Source of the DNA: a virus
Virus record (IMG/VR): IMGVR_UViG_3300042520_001372
Reading direction: 5' to 3' (one strand)
DNA: 64,000 nucleotides
A program made the position numbers and the translations under genes. Numbering within the stretch: the first letter of the stretch is position 1; each line of letters starts with the position of its first letter. Shown here piece by piece: positions 36,506 to 46,200 of this stretch. Below the pieces are notes generated by a model, which ran no database searches, was not told the origin of the DNA, and was given only the letters and a program-made list of their open reading frames with translations.

Positions 36506-37326
36506 TAGATCTTATAATCAAAATCGTTAAAGAACCAGGAGTAACTTTCCTCAATTAGCTTACAGGCGTTAGGACCTAATACCTCTCTGAAGTCTTCTTT
36601 GAATGGTTTTAATTCCTGACGGATAATATGGTCTCCGAAAATACCGTACCATTTATCGTCCTCGTGAGTAACTTGTTTGATATTGTTGAAATCGTGCTGG
36701 TAGAAGGGTATTTCTAAATACTCGTAGATGCGTTTTAGTTGTGTATCAGGATCGGCACACAATTCTTCGAATTTAACAAATAAAATATTTTTATGAAGAC
36801 CCTGCACTAATACTTGATAAACCCTATCCATCGAAGGACCGATGGGTGGATTTACAGACCATACACTAACTCTTTTATCGGTAGTAGTGCCTGTCAAATT
36901 ACCCCAGTTAGCAAGATGGTGATCCTGTAATGGATTCTTTCTGAATTTCTTCTCTAAAGAAGCGTATACTGATCTAATATCCCTGATCATACATATCATT
37001 TTAGGGTTAGGATCGAAAGCATTTACGAATTCCCACTCCGAGTTCCATCCTCGGCATTTATCGATAACGTAAGGCTTGTCAGTTAGGTTTTCATAAAACC
37101 CATAAAGTCCTCCTTTTAGGTAAGACTTAAAACCGGTCATCATTTGAGATTCATCCTGGGCTTTGAATTCTAGACTATCTGTAAAAATAGTTCTTGAAGC
37201 TGCAAGCATCTCAAATAAACCTGACGTAGGAGTTGTGTACAGATCTGGATTTTGTCCTAGAATGTTTTGGATTAGAGTAGAACCAGCTCTTGGCATGGAA
37301 CTGTTATAAAAAACTTTTTTTATCAT
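36505..37326 (-). CDS. PAPS-dependent sulfotransferase
   Basis: 5'-PSB loop SMPRAGSTL; IDKCR; 3'-PB IRDIRSVYAS; KFEELCADP...IYEYL. Confidence 0.88.
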   Translation of the reverse strand: MIKKVFYNSSMPRAGSTLIQNILGQNPDLYTTPTSGLFEMLAASRTIFTDSLEFKAQDESQMMTGFKSYLKGGLYGFYENLTDKPYVIDKCRGWNSEWEFVNAFDPNPKMICMIRDIRSVYASLEKKFRKNPLQDHHLANWGNLTGTTTDKRVSVWSVNPPIGPSMDRVYQVLVQGLHKNILFVKFEELCADPDTQLKRIYEYLEIPFYQHDFNNIKQVTHEDDKWYGIFGDHIIRQELKPFKEDFREVLGPNACKLIEESYSWFFNDFDYKI

Positions 37327-37355
37327 AAACTTTAACTTAAAATAACCGATTTATA

Positions 37356-37973
37356 CTAATAAATATATATGTTTTTAAACAAAAGATCCATCTGGAAGAT
37401 TTGATTGTTTGGTAATTTTGCGTAGTGTAGAATATCCTCAATACAGAATCCATACTCCTTCATTACAGGTACTATGCTATCGATTAGCGGGGCTTTTTCG
37501 TTATATTGAGTTAAGGATACTTCCATGAGTACGTAATGGCTTCGCATGATTGTTTTTCTTCCTCCCTGTAGTATATCTAATTCAGATCCTTGAACATCAA
37601 GTTTTACTAAATCAATCACTTCGTCAGAAAAATACGAACGATTATCTAGAGTATCAAGCTCAACTTCAACTTTTTCAAATTTTCCGTCAGCATACCATTC
37701 TGTATTTTCTCTATATAAAGAAGCACCGGTTCCTAGAGCATTTGCTTTTTCTACAAAAAGTTCTGCCGTACCGGTTTTATTAGAGAGAGCTAGTATTTCG
37801 TACCCCCTGTTTAATTTTTGAAGGTAGGGTTCACAATTCTTATTTGCTTCCACCATTATAATCTCACATTCAGGTGCTCTTCTAATTATATCAGAAGTGA
37901 AGTCTCCGACGTGAGCTCCAATGTCAACAATCCTTCTAGGATTGATGTAGTTTAGTAGTTTGATATAGTCCAT
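37356..37973 (-). CDS. FkbM-family SAM methyltransferase
   Basis: IVDIGAHVG, VEAN, TLD, VKLDVQGSELDILQG, QMDLLF. Confidence 0.88.
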   Translation of the reverse strand: MDYIKLLNYINPRRIVDIGAHVGDFTSDIIRRAPECEIIMVEANKNCEPYLQKLNRGYEILALSNKTGTAELFVEKANALGTGASLYRENTEWYADGKFEKVEVELDTLDNRSYFSDEVIDLVKLDVQGSELDILQGGRKTIMRSHYVLMEVSLTQYNEKAPLIDSIVPVMKEYGFCIEDILHYAKLPNNQIFQMDLLFKNIYIY

Positions 37974-38871
37974 CTAAATATTTTATCCATTCAGTTATTC
38001 TGTAATCCCAGCTCCATTTTTTACCGTAGATGTTAATCTGATCAGTTAAATGCTCCTGTAGTTTATTCTCTCTAATTAGTTCGATTTCTTGATCTAGTAT
38101 TTTTGCAAATGCTTCTGCATGTAAATCCAAGTTGGGTAAATAGGAATACATTCTCGCCCATCCTTCGGTTGTCTCAGGTAGAGCACCAAGGGCTGATGTG
38201 ATTACTCTAAGACCAGCTGAAAGTGCTTCTACCACTGCGATACACGAGGTTTCCTCGAAGGTACTGGGGTATGCTAGAATATCAAACTGAGGTAATTCGT
38301 CTCTTAGTTTTTCGTTAGCGATTGAACCTCTATAGACTACTCCTGGAAGGGTTTTACACTTATTATAAAGATGCTCGTACTGAGAATCAGATTCACCGAA
38401 TTCCTTACCGTAGATTTTACAGCTTGAGAATACGTGGAGTTCAGCATTTTCCGGCTTTAGTATTTCCCATGCTTTTAATAATACTTCCAATCCACGCCAG
38501 GGAGTTGAGGTGTAGCATAGTTTTATTTTTTTTCGCTCTCCATGCTCTCTTGGTTTTACTCCTAAAGATGCATTTTTAAAAACGTGAGTTTTGTATCCGG
38601 GTATATTATAGAGCTGTCTAAACTTCTCTGCCTGCCAGTGACTAACGAATACAAATTGATCGATTTTATTGATCCAATCCGGTTCTTTAAGAAACTGAAC
38701 TGCGTCTTGATCATAAGATAGTTGATTCCAGTAGATGGTCGGTTTATTAAAATCGGCGTAGGGTAAGTAATTAAATATTGAAAATTCTTCCTGGTAATTC
38801 ATAGGAAGTCTTCTCATTAATTCATCAAACATTAATTCCGTCCCACCTTTCGGTTTATCAAACGTATCCAT
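37936..38871 (-). CDS. GT4-family glycosyltransferase
   Basis: PKGGTEL, FVFVSHWQ, YTSTPWRGL, YPSTFEETSCIAVVEALSAG. Confidence 0.88.
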   Translation of the reverse strand: MDTFDKPKGGTELMFDELMRRLPMNYQEEFSIFNYLPYADFNKPTIYWNQLSYDQDAVQFLKEPDWINKIDQFVFVSHWQAEKFRQLYNIPGYKTHVFKNASLGVKPREHGERKKIKLCYTSTPWRGLEVLLKAWEILKPENAELHVFSSCKIYGKEFGESDSQYEHLYNKCKTLPGVVYRGSIANEKLRDELPQFDILAYPSTFEETSCIAVVEALSAGLRVITSALGALPETTEGWARMYSYLPNLDLHAEAFAKILDQEIELIRENKLQEHLTDQINIYGKKWSWDYRITEWIKYLDGLYQTTKLHQS

Positions 38872-39514
38872 TCTTTGCTATAAACTTTTTAAAGTCTCCT
38901 TTAAATTTTTTAATGCCAATGTGATTGCAGGTAATTGTAGGATCTAACCATACTTTATATCCTAATGCTTTCCATTTATTACATAACACGTAATCTTCTG
39001 AGATTAGGTCTCCGTTCTCAACTTTAATATCGAATACCATTCGGTGCTTTTCTCCTTCGGAAGTATATTCATCGCTTATCTCCCAAAGTTTATCAAAAGC
39101 AAACTTAGAAACTTTCATAAACCCTGTTCCTACTCCGTCTACTTCTAGTAATTTTTTATCCTCAGAGCGTTTAAGTTTCTTGTCTAGAAGTTTTACTGTG
39201 TATCCTTCTTTCTCAGTCTTTTTAATCAAAGCACCGCCAACAATCGGTTCGGGTCTTTCTAGTAAATTAAAAAACCATTCTGGTTCCCATTCAGTATCTG
39301 AATCTATGAAGAATAAATCGTCATACTGTCCATCAATAGCTAGTTTGATCAAGCTGTTTCTTGCTCTTTGAACTAAGGAATCATAACTTGTATAGATGGC
39401 ATGTACAAAAATACCCTTTTTTTCAGCTATTTTAACAGTCTCTATTAAACTGTTTGCAAACCAAACATCAATTCTTCCATCGTAAGAAGGGGTTCCGATT
39501 AAAACTCTACGCAT
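38858..39514 (-). CDS. GT-A fold (GT2-like) glycosyltransferase
   Basis: IGTPSY, RARN, FFIDSD, VGTGFM, SEDY..C, H.G. Confidence 0.8.
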   Translation of the reverse strand: MRRVLIGTPSYDGRIDVWFANSLIETVKIAEKKGIFVHAIYTSYDSLVQRARNSLIKLAIDGQYDDLFFIDSDTEWEPEWFFNLLERPEPIVGGALIKKTEKEGYTVKLLDKKLKRSEDKKLLEVDGVGTGFMKVSKFAFDKLWEISDEYTSEGEKHRMVFDIKVENGDLISEDYVLCNKWKALGYKVWLDPTITCNHIGIKKFKGDFKKFIAKNGYV

Positions 39515-39518
39515 GATG

Positions 39519-39549
39519 TTAATATAATGAATTTATTTTAAAAAACCAA
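39519..39549 (-). promoter_or_regulatory. Bacteroidota-type -33/-7 promoter driving the modification operon
   Basis: TTG-N20-TATATTAA, 4 nt upstream of ATG; same layout as 9055-9085. Confidence 0.65.
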
Positions 39550-39556
39550 ATTATCC

Positions 39557-40237
39557 TTAATTGACTGTTACATCAAAATATAAACCTGTAAGTCCTAAAT
39601 AAGATGCTACATCTGCTGTTCCAAATGTGGTTGAAGTAAATGTAGTTCCACCTGAACCAGCTGCTACTCCTTGTCCTGCGAAGAAAACAATTCCATTTAT
39701 AGATAAATTTGCAGTACCTCCGGCAAATGAAGGAAAAGCTCCAGAAACTGTTACTTTCCAATAACCCCTAAATATAATAGGATCATTTGTTTGACTTACA
39801 GCACTAGGTCCATAAGTACCAGGGGCCATAGCCATACCACCACCATTTAAATATTGATATGAAAATGAAGAATCCCATAACTCAACATTCACGTTAACAG
39901 CATTATCTACTGGTGGAGGTGGAAACGGTGGTGGGTTTGTTTTATTATTTGTTACATTTAAAGTTACCTGAAACGTAGAATTATCGTAAAAATAAGTTAA
40001 TCCGTCAAAATCACCTACAGCAATATTTGTAGTTTTAGCTGATGTTCCATAAATTCTGTTTGCTCCTGATACTTCGCCTTGACCCCAGTTATTGTCTGGT
40101 ACGGAGTTTGAACCATTTGGACCAGCAAAATATGAAAAGAAGCTCATACTGTTTAAAGTAAGCAAACCAGAACTATAAGCCCCATTTGCCTCACTCCAAA
40201 TATCACTAAATTTTACGTTTGTGGTAGGTACGGTCAT
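39557..40237 (-). CDS. Fibre-tip / adhesin-like accessory protein
   Basis: Coupled to the S74-bearing fibre gene; Gly/aromatic rich; PPPFPPPP linker. Confidence 0.55.
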   Translation of the reverse strand: MTVPTTNVKFSDIWSEANGAYSSGLLTLNSMSFFSYFAGPNGSNSVPDNNWGQGEVSGANRIYGTSAKTTNIAVGDFDGLTYFYDNSTFQVTLNVTNNKTNPPPFPPPPVDNAVNVNVELWDSSFSYQYLNGGGMAMAPGTYGPSAVSQTNDPIIFRGYWKVTVSGAFPSFAGGTANLSINGIVFFAGQGVAAGSGGTTFTSTTFGTADVASYLGLTGLYFDVTVN

Positions 40238-43200
40238 TATTTACTTTTTAGTTCTTGTAGTTCTTTATCTAGTTCTTTAATTGCCTCAATCAATAGAGCT
40301 ACTAAGTTAGGATAAGCAACGTTTAAGGTACCGTCTGGGTTTTTAGTAATTACTTCAGGTAATACTTTTTGTATTTCTTGGGCTATAACACCTGCTCGTC
40401 TAGTAGTATCTTCAGAATCAGAACGAACATAAGTGTATCCGTTAATTTCTTTAACTTTTTCTAAAGCATTTTCTATAACTTGTAATTCTGTTTTAACAGA
40501 TTCATCTGAGAAAGCAGCTATATCATTAGTAGCATAAATTGAAATACCTCCTGATGAACCAGATACATGTAGAGGATATATAGGGGCTGTAAATCCGGGT
40601 CCTACACCTACAAATCCTGTTGAACCGGTAACAAACATTCTTATGTTACCTGCTCCGTCTGATATAAAGATGTTTTTATTCTCTGCAGCAAATCCTGTGG
40701 CTGTGGCTGAACCTAGGATTACGTTACAAGCTCCTGAAGTAATACATATACCTGCATTAAGGCCGATAGCTGTATTATTAGAGGCTGTGTTATTTCTTAA
40801 AGCACACCTGCCTACTGCGGTATTATTAATTCCTGTAACATTATAATCTAATGCTAAAGATCCTAAAGCCGTATTATCACATCCTGTTGTATTAGATCTT
40901 AAAGCATTAACACCTAAAGCTGTATTATTTGTACCACCGTTATTGGCCTGTAAAGCAATATATCCAACGGCTGTATTGTTTGAGGAAGATGTGTTAGCAC
41001 ATAAAGCACTAGTACCAATAGCTACGTTTCTAACAGCAAAGGTATTGTTTACTAAAGCATTATTACCTACAGCTACGTTATTTGTACCTGTTGTATTATT
41101 TCTTAAAGCATAAAAACCTACGGCTGTGTTGCTACTTGCTGTATTAAAACGTAATGCAAGAAAACCTAATGCCGTGTTATTATTACCTGTTGTATTAGCG
41201 ACTAATGAAGCATATCCTAAACTTGAATTACCTGTTCCTGTTGTATTACATCTTAATGCATTGAAGCCTACTGCTGTATTGTTTGAGGCTGTGTTGGCGA
41301 ATAAAGAATAGAAACCTAATGAAGTGTTATTTGAACCTCCACCACTACATCTTTGTGAATCATATCCTACAGCTACGTTATAATTTCCTGTTATGTTACC
41401 GTAAAGTGCCGTTCTACCTAATCCAACATTTTTTGTACCTGAGGTATTATTTCTCATTGCTAAGAAACCTACTGCTGTATTGTTTGAGGCTGTGTTAGAA
41501 TAAAGAGCTGATGTACCTAATGCTATGTTATTTTCTCCTGATATGTTTAATCTAAGTGCTCCAACTCCTACAGCTGTATTGTTTCCTCCTGTTGTATTTA
41601 GACATAATGCTCTTACTCCAAAAGCTGTATTTCCATTAGCTGTTGTATTACTAGCTAAAGCTCTATAGCCAAAAGCTGAATTATTTACACCTGTTGTGTT
41701 TGAAAGTAATGCGAAGTTACCAACAGATGTGTTTTGTTCACCTGATGTGTTTGCTAGTAATGAACAAATACCAACCGATGTATTGTTGGTTCCTGTTGTA
41801 TTACTTCTTAATGCACAGAAACCAACTGCTGTGTTGTTTGAGGCTGTGTTACAGCGAAGAGCTTCAGCACCTAAAGCTGTGTTATTACAGGAAGTTGAGT
41901 TTGTACATAAAGCAAGATTTCCTACTGCTGTATTATTGTTTCCTTGTCCTCCAAGGAGAGCTACTGAACCAACAGCAGTATTTCCTGTTCCTGTTATATT
42001 AAATCCTAAAGTAAAATTACCAACTGCTGTGTTACTAGCCCCAGTTGTATTATCTCTTAATGCTATTCTGCCTATAGCAACATTATATCCTCCAGTAGTA
42101 TTACTTGATAAGGCACACTGTCCTAAAGCTGTATTATAACACCCTGTTGTATTGTTTTGTAAGGCACTATTACCAACTGCTGTATTATTTGATGCTGTAT
42201 TACCAAATAAAGCATTTGTACCTATACCAACATTGTTGTTACCTCCAGAATTACTAAATAAAGCATCTCTACCAATGGCTACGTTATTTGAACCATTTAT
42301 ATTGCATATTAAAGCATTTGTATTTATTCCTATGTTATTTGTACCGGTAGTATTACTAAGTAAAGCAAATCTACCAAAAGCAGCATTATCACTGCTTAAA
42401 TTACTTGTTAAAGCATTATATCCAACAGCTGTATTTCTAACACCTGTTATATTAGTTGATAAAGCACAGAAACCTACCGCTGTATTACTTGCTCCTGTTG
42501 TATTATTTCTTAAGGCACAGAAGCCTACTGCTGTATTGTTTGAAGCTGTGTTTGAGCGTAAAGAATAATGACCTACAGCAGTATTAGAAGCACCTACAGT
42601 ATTACAGTACATTGAATCTCTACCAACTGATACGTTATTATTACCCGTAGTATTGTTTTTTAAAGCTTGGACACCAACACCTACGTTACTACCACCTAGT
42701 GTATTATTTCTTAAAGACTCAAGACCTAAAGCGGTGTTTGAACTTCCTGTGGTAGTGTAACGTAAAGCAGCAAAACCAACGGCAGTATTGTAGTTGGAGT
42801 TGATAGAACATCCTGCGTACCTACCTAGAGCTGTATTGAATCTACCTGTTGTACCTAAACGTAAAGCTTCTCTACCAACTGCCGTGTTGTTATCTCCTGT
42901 AGTATTGGCACAAAGAGCATAAAATCCAACAGCTGTGTTAGCTCCTCCTGTTGTATTATTTCTTAGAGCACTAAAGCCTACTGCTGTGTTGTTTGAGGCT
43001 GTGTTATATCCTAATGATGAACGGCCTATAGCTGTGTTATTGTTTCCGACAATATTTGAATATAGTGCACCTTGTCCTAAGGATACATTCGCACATCCTG
43101 TAGTATTGTTGGCAGATGATTTAGAACCTACAGAGGTATTATATCTCCCGGTAGTATTTAATCTCATTGAACAAAGTCCTAGTGAAGTATTTTCAGTTCC

Positions 43201-46200
43201 TGTTGTATTACATCTTAATGCATTGAAGCCTACGGCTGTATTGTTTGAGGCTGTGTTTTTATAAAGAGCTACATGTCCTATAGCAACGTTATTTATACCT
43301 ACAGTATTACAGAATAAAGCCGCTGGACCAACAGCAACGTTTTGAATACCTGTAGTGTTTAACCCTAAAGAAAAAGGGCCTACAGCTATATTATCCGTAC
43401 CAATTGTATTAGCACTTAATGCACTTCTACCTAAAGCAGTATTATAACTACCCGCCGTATTATTTCTTAATGTACAGAAACCGATTGCTGTATTGTTTGA
43501 TGCTGTGTTTTGACGAAGTGTTTGTTCACCAATAGCTACGTTATTAGAACCAGCATTATTAGTATATAAAGCTGAAACTCCTATCGCAACATTGTAATTA
43601 CCTGAAGTATTAAATTCAAGTGCGCTATTACCCATACCAATATTTCGAATACCTATAGTATTTCTAAAAAGTGAAAAAGCACCTACACTAATATTAAGAG
43701 CACCTACGGTATTGGATTGTAAAGCACTTCTACCCACTGCTGTGTTGTATCCTCCGGTAGTGTTTGCTTGTAGAGCTAAAACACCTAAAGCTGTGTTTTG
43801 TGTTCCTGTTGTATTACTTCTTAATGCGCAGAAACCTACTGCTGTATTGTTTGATGCTGTGTTAGAAAATAAACTATAAAAACCTAATGCAGTATTGTTA
43901 GCACCGGAAACATTTGAATACATAGATGCTCTACCAAAAGCTGAATTGTATCCACCTGTGGTGTTATTAAATAGAGTATTATCACCAAAGGCACTATTTC
44001 GTGAACCTACTGTATTTTTAGCTAGTGTAGCAAAACCTATAGAAGTATTCTGTATACCTGTTGTGTTATCTCTTAATGATTGATTACCTACTGAAGTATT
44101 AGCAGTTCCTGTTGTATTAGCTCTTAAGGCACAAAATCCTAGTGCTGTATTATTAGTTCCTGTTGTATTATTACATAAAGCATTAAAACCTACAGCTGTA
44201 TTACCTGATACTGTATTATATCTTAAAGCATCTATACCTACAGCAGTATTAGAAGTACCTACAGTATTACTTAATAAAGAAGCCCAACCAACAGAAGTGT
44301 TACTATTTCCTGTTGTATTTACATCGAGAGCATAACTGCCAATTGCTGTATTTCTAAGACCAATTGTATTAGATTTTAGTGCTCTATATCCTAATGCGGT
44401 ATTATCTATACCTGTTGTGTTTGATGTTAATGCTATATGTCCTACACCTACATTTCGAGTTCCTGTTGTATTATATCTTAAAGCACTAGTACCTACTGCT
44501 GTATTGTTTGAGGCTTTATTGTCGCGAAGGGTAAAATGACCTACTGCTACATTATTTTCTCCAATTATGTTGCAATACAGTGCTGATTGACCTACAGCTA
44601 CATTTCGTGCTCCAGTTGTATTATAGACAAGAGCATTAACACCTATAGCAACTAAAGACGTTCCAATTGTATTAGAAGCAGCAGCAGCATATCCTATAGC
44701 TATATTACTTGTTGCATTTGTATTACATCTTAGAGCATTAAAACCAATTGCTGTGTTGTAACTACCTACTATATTAGCCCTTAAAGCACAACTACCAATA
44801 GCTACATTTTTAGTTCCTGTTGTGTTAGTTCTTAATGCACAATAACCTACTGCTGTGTTGTTTGATGCTGAATTGCAGAATAAAGCACAAAAACCGACAC
44901 CAACGTTATTACTACCACCATAGGTTAAAACACCTGTTCCAATTGCAACGTTACGATCAGCATTTGCAAATACTAATGCTCTATAACCAAGAGCTACGTT
45001 ATTAACACCGCTAATATTAGAGTACATTGCGTTATGTCCAAAAGCAACATTATTGGCACCTGAAGTGTTACATCTTATTGTATTTACACCAATACCTACG
45101 TTTCGTGTACCCACAGTATTGGCTAATAGTGATAAAGTACCAACTGCTACGTTATATGTTCCTGTCGTATTATTTCTTAATGCACAGAAACCAACTGCTG
45201 TGTTGTTTGATGCTGTATTGTTAAATAAAGTTCTATATCCAATACCTACGTTGTTTAATCCAGCACCATTATATACTAATGCTTGGTGACCAATAGCTAC
45301 GTTTTTATTACCTGAAGAGTTGTACTGTAAAGCACCGTGTCCTACTGCTATGTTACAATCACCTACTGTACTATTTTGTAATGCTTGTGAACCAACAGCA
45401 ACGTTTAAGGCTCCTGTTGTATTGCTCAATAATGCACAATTACCGACAGCTGTATTATTTGAAGATGTTGTATTACTTCTTAATGCACAAATACCAACTG
45501 CTGTGTTATTAGTGCCTACAGTATTTAACGCTAAAGAACAATATCCAATAGATGTATTATTAACCCCTGTAGTATTTAATATTGAGGCCTTATATCCTAA
45601 AGCGGTGTTTCTTGTTCCTGTTGTATTTTGGTGTAGAGCACAAGCTCCGAGTGCGGTATTTCGTGAAGCGGTATTGTTTACAAGTGCTTGAAATCCTATA
45701 CCTGTATTATATTGACCTACTGTGTTTGCGTTAAGAGCAGACACACCAACTGCTACGTTAAATGTTCCTGTTGTATTACTTCTTAATGCATATGTTCCTA
45801 AAGCAGTGTTTTCTCCACCTGTTGTATTATATCTTAATGAAAAATATCCTACTGCTGTGTTGTTTGAAGCGGTATTAACCGCAAGTGAACTTCTACCAAC
45901 AGCTGTATTGAAACTACCTACAGTATTTGTACTTAGAGCTGATGTTCCAACAGCGGTATTACCAACACCAGTAGTATTAGATTGTAAAGTATTAGCTCCT
46001 AAAGCTGTATTTAATAAACCTGTTGTATTATTTTGTAATGCTGTTCTTCCTAAAGCGGTATTATAACTACCCGCTGTATTACTTCTTAATGCACAAAAAC
46101 CTACTGCTGTGTTGTTTGATGCTGTGTTGCAGAGTAAAGCATCTCTACCTACAGCTACATTATTACTTCCTACAACATTTCCATATAAAGTCTGATATCC

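Noticed and set aside
6391-39761. Assorted short plus-strand or alternate-frame ORFs (e.g. 6391, 12060, 13652, 22922, 33798, 39573)
   Set aside because: Overlap well-supported minus-strand genes and show no recognisable motifs
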